Shown here in pieces: positions 7,670 through 16,652 of a stretch of DNA of 32,000 bases (the first letter of the stretch is position 1; each line of letters opens with the position of its first letter). Source of the DNA: Copranaerobaculum intestinale (GTDB lineage: Bacteria; Bacillota_I; Bacilli_A; Erysipelotrichales; Erysipelotrichaceae). The position numbers were made by a program, and so were the translations under genes. The notes under the pieces are model-generated. The model searched no databases. It saw nothing but the letters and a program-made list of their open reading frames with translations, and was not told the origin of the DNA. Location of the stretch: positions 120,001 to 152,000 of the forward strand of contig NZ_WUUQ01000002.1 of NCBI RefSeq assembly GCF_009831105.1. The letters run 5' to 3'.

Positions 7670-8919
7670 AACAGCTAGAGCTGGTGATCGTTGGAGGCGG
7701 CAGTGCCGGCATGGCGGCTGCACTTTCGGCCTTTGAACAAGGGATCAAGGATCTGATTATCCTGGAAAAGGATGATGAATTGGGAGGAATCCTTCAGCAG
7801 TGCGTCCACAATGGCTTTGGATTACAGACCTTTCATGAAGAACTCAGCGGACCTGCTTATGCCCAGCGATATATCGATCAGATTCGAACGAAGGAAATTC
7901 CCTTTGAAACACAGGCAACGGTGATTCAAATAACGCCGGATAAGAAGATTACGTATGTCAGTCCAAAAAACGGTTATCAGGAAATACAGGCAAAAGCGAT
8001 TATTTTAGCTGGGGGCTGCTATGAGCGAAGTGCCGGGGGGATACAGCTTCCCGGAACAAGACCCAAAGGAATCTATACCGCAGGTACGGCTCAGCGTTAC
8101 TTAAATATTGATAATGTAATGGTCGGACGAAAAGTTTTTATCCTCGGCAGCGGTGATATCGGATTGATAATGGCAAGAAGAATGACGTTGGAAGGGGCTG
8201 AGGTTGTTGGAGTGGCAGAACTCATGCCGTATTCCAATGGGCTTATGCGAAATATTGTACAATGTCTTGAAGATTTCGATATTCCCCTCTATCTTTCACA
8301 TACTGTGGTAAGAGTGGAGGGCTTTCCAAATTTGGAGCGGGTAATTATCGCTGAAGTTGATGCGTTCCGTCAGCCAATTGATGGTACCGAAAAAGTGTTT
8401 GAAGCGGATACTCTGCTTCTGTCGGTGGGATTACTGCCGGAGAATAGTCTGGCCAAGCAGCTGGGACTTGCCGTGGATACCAAAAGTAAAGGGATCATCG
8501 TGAATGAAAAGCTGGAAAGTGATATACCTGGAATCTTCGCTTGCGGCAATGGCCTGCATGTGCATGATTTAGTTGATTTTGTCAGCAGTGAGGGGAATTT
8601 AGCCGGCAGAAATGCGGCCGCATATATTCATGGTATGAAAGAATCTGCCGCGTTTATTAAGTGTACGGCTGGACAAGGTATCGGGTATATGTTGCCCCAG
8701 TGCATTCATCCCGATCGAATACAGGAGCCGCTTACTTTTTCACTGCGGGTTACGAAGCCCTATAAACAGGTGAAACTGCGTATTCTAAAAGACGGTCAGG
8801 TTTTCAAAGAGCTGCCAAAGCGCTATCTGCTGCCGGCGGAAATGGTTCGTATCATATTGAAGCCGGAAGATTTACAGGATGTTCGACAAGAGCTTAAGGT
8901 GGAGGTGTGTGAATCATGA
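7666..8919 (+). CDS. NAD(P)/FAD-dependent (pyridine nucleotide-disulfide family) oxidoreductase, partner subunit of the GlpA-like enzyme
   Basis: 417 aa. Two dinucleotide-binding motifs (VIVGGGSAGMAAA and FILGSGDIGLIMA) and a GD motif (IFACGNG). ATGA overlap with the upstream gene. Confidence 0.75.
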   Translation: MKQLELVIVGGGSAGMAAALSAFEQGIKDLIILEKDDELGGILQQCVHNGFGLQTFHEELSGPAYAQRYIDQIRTKEIPFETQATVIQITPDKKITYVSPKNGYQEIQAKAIILAGGCYERSAGGIQLPGTRPKGIYTAGTAQRYLNIDNVMVGRKVFILGSGDIGLIMARRMTLEGAEVVGVAELMPYSNGLMRNIVQCLEDFDIPLYLSHTVVRVEGFPNLERVIIAEVDAFRQPIDGTEKVFEADTLLLSVGLLPENSLAKQLGLAVDTKSKGIIVNEKLESDIPGIFACGNGLHVHDLVDFVSSEGNLAGRNAAAYIHGMKESAAFIKCTAGQGIGYMLPQCIHPDRIQEPLTFSLRVTKPYKQVKLRILKDGQVFKELPKRYLLPAEMVRIILKPEDLQDVRQELKVEVCES

Positions 8920-9320
8920 AAAAAGAAATGATCTGTATCATCTGTCCGATGGGGTGTCATCTTCAGGTTGATAATATAGATGGAGATTGTGTCGTACAGG
9001 GAAATGCTTGTCCCCGCGGTGCGAATTATGCAAAGCAGGAAGCGATATGTCCAATGCGTACTTTGACATCTACTGTACGCATAGCAAATGCGATTCATCC
9101 ATTACTGCCGGTGATTACATCTGCACCCGTGCCAAAACAGAAATTATTTGTTATAATGGAAGCAGTTAATCGGGTGCAGGCTGAAGCTCCCATAAAGTCC
9201 GGAAGTGTTGTGGCTCATAATATTGCCAACTGCGGCGTGGATCTGCTTGCATCGCGTACAATGGAGAATATACATGGAAATAAACAGTCAGCGGGTGATC
9301 CCGGTCATCCAGGATCATAA
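8916..9320 (+). CDS. DUF1667-family small Cys-rich protein
   Basis: 134 aa, MICIICPMGCHLQV...QGNACPRGANYAKQE, which I recognise as the DUF1667 N-terminal pattern. ATGA overlap with the upstream gene. Its 3' end overlaps the predicted glpP start by 47 nt. Confidence 0.7.
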   Translation: MKKEMICIICPMGCHLQVDNIDGDCVVQGNACPRGANYAKQEAICPMRTLTSTVRIANAIHPLLPVITSAPVPKQKLFVIMEAVNRVQAEAPIKSGSVVAHNIANCGVDLLASRTMENIHGNKQSAGDPGHPGS

Positions 9321-9843
9321 ACAATTTTCAAAATTTCTAGCATCAGATTTATCTGTTTGTATTCTGATGGAATTTCATCTGAATTTCTTAGATGATTTAA
9401 TTCATCAGCTTCATCATGCAGGAAAATATGGAATCGTGCATCTTGATTTGATCCATGGGTTATCTAATGACGAATATGGCGCACAATTTTTATGTCAGAG
9501 CATTCACTGTGACGGCTTGATTTCCACAAAGCCCAAAGCGGTGCAGACGGCCCGTAAGCTCCATAAGCTGTCGGTGCTTCGTATTTTCCTGATTGATTCG
9601 CGCTCGCTGCAAAAGGGAATTGAGTTAGCATCTTCGCTTCAGCCGGATTTTTTGGAAATCTTGCCGGCTACGACATGGAACGCCGTTTCTCTGATTCGCA
9701 AAAGCAGTGAGATTCCGCTGATCGGCGGTGGTTTGATTCAGACCAAGGAAGATATCGACAAATGCTTTCAGCAGGGAATGTGTCATATCACATCATCGAA
9801 TTTAAAGCTTTGCTTGGATTATGAAATGGGGGATCAATCATGA
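9274..9843 (+). CDS. glpP: Glycerol-3-phosphate-responsive antiterminator GlpP
   Basis: 190 aa starting MEINSQRVIPVIQDHKQFSKFL. Features VHLDLIHGLSNDEYGAQFLCQ, DGLISTK and PDFLEILP match the GlpP (G3P antiterminator) family pattern and length. RBS GGAGAA lies 5 nt upstream. Confidence 0.75.
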   Translation: MEINSQRVIPVIQDHKQFSKFLASDLSVCILMEFHLNFLDDLIHQLHHAGKYGIVHLDLIHGLSNDEYGAQFLCQSIHCDGLISTKPKAVQTARKLHKLSVLRIFLIDSRSLQKGIELASSLQPDFLEILPATTWNAVSLIRKSSEIPLIGGGLIQTKEDIDKCFQQGMCHITSSNLKLCLDYEMGDQS

Positions 9844-11123
9844 AAAGTGCGCTTGTGCTCGGTGGGGGCGGTTCCAAGGGCGCGTATGAAATCGGCGTCT
9901 GGAAAGCATTGCGTGAACTGGATATCCACTTTGATATCGTGACCGGGACTTCCATCGGCGCTTTGATTGGGGCGATGGTGGTACAGGATGATTTTGCGAA
10001 AGCGTATGATCTTTGGGATCATATGGATGCATCCCAGGTCATTCAGAATGGCATATCATTGGATTTTGATTTGGATTTGCTGATGAGCCAGCGCAGTCAG
10101 ATAAAGCAGATGCTGGCATCGTATATTGATCACCGCGGCGCCGATATCGCACCGCTGATAAAGATGATTGAGAATATGTTTGATGCGGATAAATTTTTCG
10201 CTTCCGATATCGACTTTGGATGCATGACTGTATGTCTTGATCCGTATTCGCCGTCACCCTTTGTCAAAAGTCAGTTTACGAAGAACAATGCACACGATTT
10301 TCTGCTGGCAAGCGCTTCCTGCTTTCCTGCCTTCCCCATGAAATTCATGGAAGGGAAGCGTTATATTGACGGCGGCTATCACGATAATGTTCCGATAGAA
10401 CTGGCTCGTTCGCTGGGGGCTGATCAAATCGTAGCAGTTGATTTGAAATATAAAGAAGAAAAAGTGAACAGTGATGATGATGTTTTGTATATTGAACCGA
10501 ATATGCCGCTTGGATCCTTCCTTGATTTCAAACCGGAAACCCTTCATCGCAATATGCGGCTTGGGTATTTGGACACATTAAAAAAATTTAATGTGTATTA
10601 TGGCTATACCTATACCTTTGCCGCAATGGATCTGCCGCAGATTCAAGCCTATGAGGATGCTTATGAGCGCTTTTTGAACAATTACCGCAGTGATGCTTCC
10701 CAGCCGATTGTAAACCGGTTGTTTCAGCAGCTGGTTGATCGATCGATAAATAAAGCACTTGCTGAATATGAATCGTATATGTTTCAGTATCTGCGCATTC
10801 TGGAAGACTGCGCGAGAATGTTTGATATGGATGATGAACTCGTGTATACCTTTGATGATTTTGTAATTGAGCTGCTTCGTCGTTTTGATACGATGGTGCA
10901 TACCATTGATAAGGTTCTGATCTCAAAAAAAACCATTAAAGAGATTGCCCTGGAAGTAAAAAACTATCGCCAGGAAGATATCATTTATTATCTGTATCAT
11001 CGTTTAAAACAGGCAAAGCAGCAGGATCGCGACGATCTGTCCTATCTCTCCGTATTCTTTAAAAAGGAGTATATCGCGGCTTTGACGATCTTTGCTTTAA
11101 AATATCAATTTCAGACAAAATAA
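9840..11123 (+). CDS. Patatin-like phospholipase domain protein
   Basis: 427 aa. Oxyanion motif GGGGSKGAYEIG, nucleophile elbow GTSIGA (GxSxG) and catalytic Asp motif YIDGGYHDN. ATGA overlap with the glpP stop. Confidence 0.85.
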   Translation: MKSALVLGGGGSKGAYEIGVWKALRELDIHFDIVTGTSIGALIGAMVVQDDFAKAYDLWDHMDASQVIQNGISLDFDLDLLMSQRSQIKQMLASYIDHRGADIAPLIKMIENMFDADKFFASDIDFGCMTVCLDPYSPSPFVKSQFTKNNAHDFLLASASCFPAFPMKFMEGKRYIDGGYHDNVPIELARSLGADQIVAVDLKYKEEKVNSDDDVLYIEPNMPLGSFLDFKPETLHRNMRLGYLDTLKKFNVYYGYTYTFAAMDLPQIQAYEDAYERFLNNYRSDASQPIVNRLFQQLVDRSINKALAEYESYMFQYLRILEDCARMFDMDDELVYTFDDFVIELLRRFDTMVHTIDKVLISKKTIKEIALEVKNYRQEDIIYYLYHRLKQAKQQDRDDLSYLSVFFKKEYIAALTIFALKYQFQTK

Positions 11124-11148
11124 AAAGCGTTTTTTTAACGCTTTTTTT
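11122..11148. terminator. Bidirectional intrinsic terminator between the patatin-like gene and the GatZ-like gene
   Basis: AAAAAGCGTTtttttAACGCTTTTTTT. The stem is flanked by an A-run and a T-run. It overlaps the stop codon of the minus-strand gene. Confidence 0.75.
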
Positions 11149-12475
11149 AATCATTGAATAACTCGTCCTGATGACTTGCGAACAGATATTCATCAATGCA
11201 GTTCACAATCCGATCTTTCAGCATTACTTCTGGCTTCTTTTCCAGTCGATGTTCACGAATTTTTGTATATTGGATCGGCATATACTGAGAAATCAGCGAC
11301 AGCGGAATATCAATTGACGAAAGATTACTGATTAAAGTGTGAATTGCGGTCTGAACGCTTGCTTCCGGCATGTAGTAACGGCAGCGATCTGAGAAAGAAT
11401 ACTTGCGGGCGATATATAGTTTATTATCATCTCCGTGATAATGCTTCTGCCAGTTTTTTGGATTGGCGAGCATTGCCTGATCGAGAACCTCGATAAAATT
11501 GCTGGTTTTTACATCTGTGCCATGGAATACTTCTTCTTCGATGTGTGCTAAGGCAAACAGTGCTTCCCGCATGGCAAAGGTAAGACCCGGACCGACTTTT
11601 AAGATGCCTACACCGTCCTCTACCAATTCCTTTAATGCGTATTTGGTCTGATAATCGGTTGAATGTCCTTCAAATACTAAGTTTGGATAATCTTTGATCG
11701 AAGCCATCAGCTCTTTTGCTTCTTCTCGGTCGTATTCTTTCGGACCGGTATCTGCTTCTTCCACTCCCGGCTGAACGACCACACCAATAACATCGTTCCA
11801 GGTTTCCTGAAGTCCTTCGTTTTCGAATGCTTTTTCAAAAGCGGAAACGGTCGCTTTAAAATCCGCTACTTTGGTAACCTGCACACCAGCACTTGCTTCC
11901 TGAGCACCGCCGGGAATCGGTACTTCACTGCCGACGATATATACCGGGCGCACTGCATTTGGATCTGTTTTCAGCAGCTTTTGATACGTGTCTTCGCAAA
12001 CTCGCGCCAGCCGTGCTCCGCGCTTTGAAATAATTTCATCACTAAGCCGAGTGTTTGGATCATCGTCAGCCACTTTCATGCTTGTATCGATATGAATTTT
12101 CGTGAATCCGGCAGCCACATAGCAGCGTACCAATTCTTCTGATTTTGCCATTGCTTCAGCTTCCGGGGCAGCTGCGAAGGTTAACGGACCCAAATGATCA
12201 CCGCCTAAGAAAACCCGGTTGGTTTCAAAGCCAACGCGTTTTGCTATCGCATATACGAAGTTGCGGAAATCGATTGGCTTCATACCGGTATAGCCGCCGA
12301 ACTGATCAACCTGATTGGCAGTTGCTTCAATCAGAACGCAGGAATGATCACGCTTGGCACATTCGATGGCAGCTTCGATAACATATTCATTGGCGCTGCA
12401 GCAGGAATAGATGCCTACTGCTTTGCCCTGCTTCTGTTTTACGACGATTTGTTTTAATGGATTTTGATTGGTCAT
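11147..12475 (-). CDS. GatZ/KbaZ-family protein (class II D-tagatose-bisphosphate aldolase non-catalytic subunit / tagatose-6-phosphate-epimerase-like)
   Basis: 442 aa. The N-terminus GIYSCCSANEYVIEAAIECAKRDHSCVLIEATANQVDQFGGYTGMKP is characteristic of the GatZ/KbaZ/AgaZ family. RBS GGAGG. Confidence 0.8.
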   Translation of the reverse strand: MTNQNPLKQIVVKQKQGKAVGIYSCCSANEYVIEAAIECAKRDHSCVLIEATANQVDQFGGYTGMKPIDFRNFVYAIAKRVGFETNRVFLGGDHLGPLTFAAAPEAEAMAKSEELVRCYVAAGFTKIHIDTSMKVADDDPNTRLSDEIISKRGARLARVCEDTYQKLLKTDPNAVRPVYIVGSEVPIPGGAQEASAGVQVTKVADFKATVSAFEKAFENEGLQETWNDVIGVVVQPGVEEADTGPKEYDREEAKELMASIKDYPNLVFEGHSTDYQTKYALKELVEDGVGILKVGPGLTFAMREALFALAHIEEEVFHGTDVKTSNFIEVLDQAMLANPKNWQKHYHGDDNKLYIARKYSFSDRCRYYMPEASVQTAIHTLISNLSSIDIPLSLISQYMPIQYTKIREHRLEKKPEVMLKDRIVNCIDEYLFASHQDELFND

Positions 12476-12501
12476 AGATACAATCCTCCTTAATTAAAAA
12501 A

Positions 12502-12531
12502 ATTATAGCACTGCGATTAAGGGATTGTAAA
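12502..12531 (-). promoter_or_regulatory. Candidate promoter of the GatZ-like gene
   Basis: On the minus strand: TTTACA (rc of 12526..12531), 18-nt spacer, TATAAT (rc of 12502..12507). Implies a short leader of about 20 nt. Confidence 0.35.
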
Positions 12532-12649
12532 ATGATTGTGTCGGGCTTGTTATTTTGTATAAACTAATTACTGAAAAATGCAAATAGAAAGGAACCATTC
12601 TATCCTTTTTTATAAATTTGTATTATACTGAGACAAAGGAGTTGATCGT

Positions 12650-13570
12650 ATGTTTTATCAGATTGAGGATGCGCTTCATCCAATTGATGCGGCAGCTTGT
12701 GAGCCGAGTCGCCTCACCGTAGGTATTTTGACACCTGCGGAGTTGAAGCAGCAAAACGAACATTTTCATTTTCATCAGCAGACTATCGAGGAAGCGATGC
12801 ATCCCCGCAATAATCATATTGATCTGTATGAAAACTATGATTTTGGAACGATCTGTTTCCATAATACACGCGGCAACGGAGAAGTAAAAGATTTTCAGGC
12901 AGCATTTTATATACGCCGCAATCAGCTTATTATCAGCAGTGAGGATATCGGACGGGTACTGGTTGCGATACGGGAAGTGACGGGCCGGATACCTTTGAAA
13001 TCTTTGACTCTGGAAAAATTAATCTATGCATTGTTTGAAAAACTCATCAGTAAGGATTTTTCTCTTCTTCAGGAAATTAATGAACAGATTGAGAGAATTG
13101 AAGAAGATATCATGAATGATCGCAATGTATCCTTTCATCAGGAAATTGCGCCGCTTCGCAAAACCCTGCTTCTGTTTGAAAATCATTACAGCCATCTGAT
13201 TGAAATGGGCAGTGATCTTCAGGAGAATGAGAATGAAGTATTCACCGAAGAGAATCTTCGTTATTTCCATATGATGACCGATCGTGTATCAAGACTGTTC
13301 AATCAGACCCGAATGCTTCGTGAATACATGACACAGGTGAGGGAAGCGTATCAGGCGCAGACAGACAATCACTTAAATCAGATTATGAAATTATTCACGG
13401 TGATAACGACTATCTTTTTGCCGCTTACATTAATCGTTGGCTGGTATGGTATGAATTTTACCAATATGCCGGAGCTGACTTGGAAGTACGGCTATCTGGC
13501 GGTGATTATACTAAGTGTGGTAGTGGTTGGTTTCTGTTTTTATTATTTCAAGAAAAAGAATTTGTTTTAA
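12650..13570 (+). CDS. corA: CorA-family magnesium/cobalt transporter
   Basis: 306 aa. Signature GWYGMNF (GMN motif) lies between two C-terminal TM helices. RBS AAAGGAG. Confidence 0.9.
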   Translation: MFYQIEDALHPIDAAACEPSRLTVGILTPAELKQQNEHFHFHQQTIEEAMHPRNNHIDLYENYDFGTICFHNTRGNGEVKDFQAAFYIRRNQLIISSEDIGRVLVAIREVTGRIPLKSLTLEKLIYALFEKLISKDFSLLQEINEQIERIEEDIMNDRNVSFHQEIAPLRKTLLLFENHYSHLIEMGSDLQENENEVFTEENLRYFHMMTDRVSRLFNQTRMLREYMTQVREAYQAQTDNHLNQIMKLFTVITTIFLPLTLIVGWYGMNFTNMPELTWKYGYLAVIILSVVVVGFCFYYFKKKNLF

Positions 13571-13573
13571 ACC

Positions 13574-14470
13574 TTATCCAAAAATGAGCATTGCCATGAC
13601 AAATGAAAGAAGACTTTGCAGACATCGATAGAACAAATATTGAGGATAGTGCAATGAGCTGTGTACTGCCATCGCATGAATCTGCAGATGCACGCACAAT
13701 CCGCCGAAGGACAGCAGTGCGGCAGTAGCGGCCAGTTTTATGGATGAGGTCATTGTACTTTCCGCAATCATAATTGTACCGCTGGAAAATTCGGTGATCA
13801 CCTTAGTAAAGAATTGCGTGATTGCGGGAAGAAGAGGAATGATTGCTGCGGTTACACTCATGACGATCATAAGATAGCCGCCGATCATGAATAGGGCTTT
13901 TCCGCTTTCCATCATGGATGAAGACAGAATATGGAAAAAGGGAACACACTGTCGTTTCGTAACCGCCGGCATCTCAACAGCTTGTCTGCGGGTCAGTAAG
14001 AGCAGCAGCAGACCACTGATAAAAGAAACTAAAAATAATTGGAAACCGATCTTTGCGGAGTGATAAAGCACAGTGCCGCAGGATAAAATGATAAAGCCGG
14101 GAGTCGCAAAGCAGCAGCAGTTAATCAGCTTACGCGCATCCTCGCTTTTTAAATATCCTTTTTGGACTTCTTCGTCAATCAGAATAGCTGAAGTGGGAAA
14201 TCCTAAAAACAGCGATGCGATGACAAGCGCAAAGGCATGGGAATCCAAATGAAATAGTGGGGTGATCAGCCATTTGAAAGGCTTCGCTAACAGCGGCAGT
14301 ATTTCCATTTGGTAAAGCACGCGCACCAGTACCATGGAAACAAACATGGAAGGTACGAGTTTTTCAAACCAGATCGTAAGCGCGGATAATGCATATGTAT
14401 AAGTAATACCGCCCTTGATCAAATAGATCAGCAAAATAACAAACAATGAGAATCCGATTGTTTTTTTCAT
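13574..14470 (-). CDS. Nucleoside-recognition (Gate) domain polytopic membrane protein, YlbJ-like
   Basis: Start chosen at MKKTIGFSLFVILLIYL, with GGTGAT 3 nt upstream. 298 aa and multi-TM. The family call is from general sequence resemblance and is only moderately certain. The track's ATG at 14551 has no RBS. Confidence 0.5.
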   Translation of the reverse strand: MKKTIGFSLFVILLIYLIKGGITYTYALSALTIWFEKLVPSMFVSMVLVRVLYQMEILPLLAKPFKWLITPLFHLDSHAFALVIASLFLGFPTSAILIDEEVQKGYLKSEDARKLINCCCFATPGFIILSCGTVLYHSAKIGFQLFLVSFISGLLLLLLTRRQAVEMPAVTKRQCVPFFHILSSSMMESGKALFMIGGYLMIVMSVTAAIIPLLPAITQFFTKVITEFSSGTIMIAESTMTSSIKLAATAALLSFGGLCVHLQIHAMAVHSSLHYPQYLFYRCLQSLLSFVMAMLIFG

Positions 14471-14516
14471 ATTATCACCTGTATTACTATATGAAAGGAA
14501 GAACACTTTCAGACAT

Positions 14517-14545
14517 TTGACGAGACTGTTTAAAGGGTATATACT
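14517..14545 (+). promoter_or_regulatory. Promoter of the CDF transporter gene
   Basis: TTGACG (14517..14522), 17-nt spacer, TATACT (14540..14545). Confidence 0.55.
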
Positions 14546-14574
14546 GAACAAACAGTAAAGAGAGGGAGAGGATT

Positions 14575-15750
14575 ATGATCGACTGGCTGATTCATCGATT
14601 CGTGAAGGATTATGAGAATATTCATGACAGCAAAGTTCGGGAGCAATACGGAAGGGTAACCTCGATAACCGGCATCGCCTGTAATATATTTTTGTTTACA
14701 GCAAAGTTTACTGCCGGTACGCTGTTTCACAGTGTCGCAATCGTTGCCGATGCGGTGAATAACTTATCGGATGCCGGCAGTTCAGTGGTATCCCTGGTGA
14801 GCTTTAAATTATCTTCCCGTCCGGCAGATGAAGAACATCCGTTCGGTCATGAACGTTTTGAATATATCGCATCGTTGGCTGTGGCCTTTTTGGTTCTGCT
14901 GGTCGGCTTGGAGCTGGCGCGCACCTCAGTAGATAAAATTATGCATCCTGATCCGATTGTGTTTTCCATGCTGAGTGTTACAGTTTTGATCGTATCTATA
15001 CTGGTGAAGCTGTGGATGTATTCCTATAACCGTAAAATTGCCAGACGCATTGATTCATCAATGATGCAGGCAACTGCTGCCGATTCCATTTCTGATGTTA
15101 TGGCAACCGGGGCGGTACTCGCTGCCACTATCCTTTCACCGCTGGTGCATGTTCAGTTGGATGGCTATATGGGGGTTATCGTAGCCTTATTTATTTTATA
15201 TACCGGTTATGGAATAGTACGTTCTACGATCGATCAATTACTGGGGCAGGCTCCTTCTGAGGATCAGGTAAAGATGATCAGCAATACCTTGAAAAAATAT
15301 GACGGGGTGCTGGGTTATCACGATCTGGTCATTCACAGCTATGGACCAAACCGCTGCTTTGCGACAGTTCATGTGGAAGTTAACAGCAAGGAGGATGTGC
15401 TGATCAGTCATGATATGATTGATAATATCGAACGTGATTTTGCTGAAAATCATCATATGAATGTAGTTATTCATCTTGATCCGATCGTATTGGATGATGA
15501 AGAAGTGAATGCCATGCGTGATCAGGTACGTACTATTATCCAAAATATCGATGAAGTACTGACCATGCACGATTTTCGTATGGTAGTGGGAGAGACGCAT
15601 ACCAATCTGATTTTTGATGTGGTGGTACCGCAGCGCTTCCCGCTTACCGATATTCAGCTTCATCAGCAAATTGATGAAAAGCTTCATAAAATCAATCAGC
15701 AGTACCGCACGGTGATTACATTTGATCGAACCTATACAAAGCTGAATTAG
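14575..15750 (+). CDS. Cation diffusion facilitator (FieF/YiiP-like) metal efflux transporter
   Basis: 391 aa. Motifs include SVAIVADAVNNLSDAGSS, EEHPFGHERFEYIASL and ADSISDV, which are CDF TM2/TM5 metal-site residues. There is also a C-terminal cytoplasmic domain. Confidence 0.85.
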   Translation: MIDWLIHRFVKDYENIHDSKVREQYGRVTSITGIACNIFLFTAKFTAGTLFHSVAIVADAVNNLSDAGSSVVSLVSFKLSSRPADEEHPFGHERFEYIASLAVAFLVLLVGLELARTSVDKIMHPDPIVFSMLSVTVLIVSILVKLWMYSYNRKIARRIDSSMMQATAADSISDVMATGAVLAATILSPLVHVQLDGYMGVIVALFILYTGYGIVRSTIDQLLGQAPSEDQVKMISNTLKKYDGVLGYHDLVIHSYGPNRCFATVHVEVNSKEDVLISHDMIDNIERDFAENHHMNVVIHLDPIVLDDEEVNAMRDQVRTIIQNIDEVLTMHDFRMVVGETHTNLIFDVVVPQRFPLTDIQLHQQIDEKLHKINQQYRTVITFDRTYTKLN

Positions 15751-15780
15751 GATTTTTTATAGCAGATTTATTGAATACCA

Positions 15781-15813
15781 AAAAGGAGATGTTGCCGCAA
15801 ATCTCCCTTTTTA
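15781..15813 (+). terminator. Intrinsic terminator after the CDF gene
   Basis: AAAAGGAGATgttgccgcaaATCTCCCTTTTT. Confidence 0.65.
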
Positions 15814-15989
15814 TATGATTTCACCTCATTGTTTTGTATCAGCGAATGAAAAAATTAAATTATAAAAAAGTAAGCTTTCTGTATGAAAGGTAAGATGAAA
15901 TTCATAAATATAATGAGAAGTATGCTATGATAAGTTATAGAAAGATATGTAGTATGGTTAAGGTGCGAATGCATGGAAAGGAGATTTCT

Positions 15990-16421
15990 ATGAAAGACAG
16001 CCAATTCATATCGAAAACCCAATGTTATATCGTTTCTGGCATATTGACGGGAGTAGTTTGTATTTTGCTTGTATTTGTTGTTCTTTTAAAGAAGGATGTA
16101 ACGGCATATGAAAATACCGCATCGATCATCGGTACTTATGAATCAAATGACGGGGTTTCCGAATATACGCAATATCTGGTTTTTGAAAAGCACAAGGACG
16201 GCCTGAAATGCATTTGGTATCAGCAGGGAGAGTTTCAGCATGACGGACAGGTTACAAGCTTGAAAAAAGGAATCCATCAAATTTATTTCGATGACCTGAA
16301 TCAAGAATTTTTCATTTATGTCGATCGTGAAGATCACATAAATTTTGTCGCGAAAGATTTTGCAGGATCATTTGATAAAATTGCCGATCATTCTGTTTAT
16401 ATGGGAAAACAGCCGTCCTAG
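15990..16421 (+). CDS. Hypothetical membrane-anchored protein of unknown family
   Basis: Start chosen at MKDSQFISK, 7 nt after GGAAAGGAG. One TM helix (YIVSGILTGVVCILLVFVVLL), then a domain of about 100 aa. I recognise no motif. Confidence 0.5.
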   Translation: MKDSQFISKTQCYIVSGILTGVVCILLVFVVLLKKDVTAYENTASIIGTYESNDGVSEYTQYLVFEKHKDGLKCIWYQQGEFQHDGQVTSLKKGIHQIYFDDLNQEFFIYVDREDHINFVAKDFAGSFDKIADHSVYMGKQPS

Positions 16422-16604
16422 ATAAATTAAAAATCAATTGGGTTGCTTATTAATTTATCAAGATAATTGTAACGATCATGCTTATGGTAATGCTTGGATC
16501 AAGCAAAATACTATATTTTTAGATGTGAAAAAGTTTTCCGTCGTTCTATTTAGGATGAGTAAAGAGCCAAGATACATCATAATACATGCAAGATCATGGA
16601 TATT

Positions 16605-16645
16605 AAAAAAAGATATATCATCCCATGGAAAGATATATCTTTTTC
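16605..16645. terminator. Bidirectional terminator between the hypothetical gene and pgeF
   Basis: AAAAAAAGATATATCatcccatggaaaGATATATCTTTTT. An 11-bp stem is flanked by an A-run and a T-run. Confidence 0.55.
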
Positions 16646-16652
16646 ATCTGTT

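Noticed and set aside
12476-12649. A possible M-box (Mg2+) riboswitch upstream of corA.
   Set aside because: The 174-nt divergent spacer must also hold the GatZ-like promoter. What remains is AT-rich and shows none of the long conserved helices of an M-box.
13568-13576. Convergent corA and YlbJ-like genes separated by only 3 nt, with no terminator.
   Set aside because: This is a real observation, but I found no hairpin in either 3' coding end to build a claim on. It is probably just compact convergent genes.
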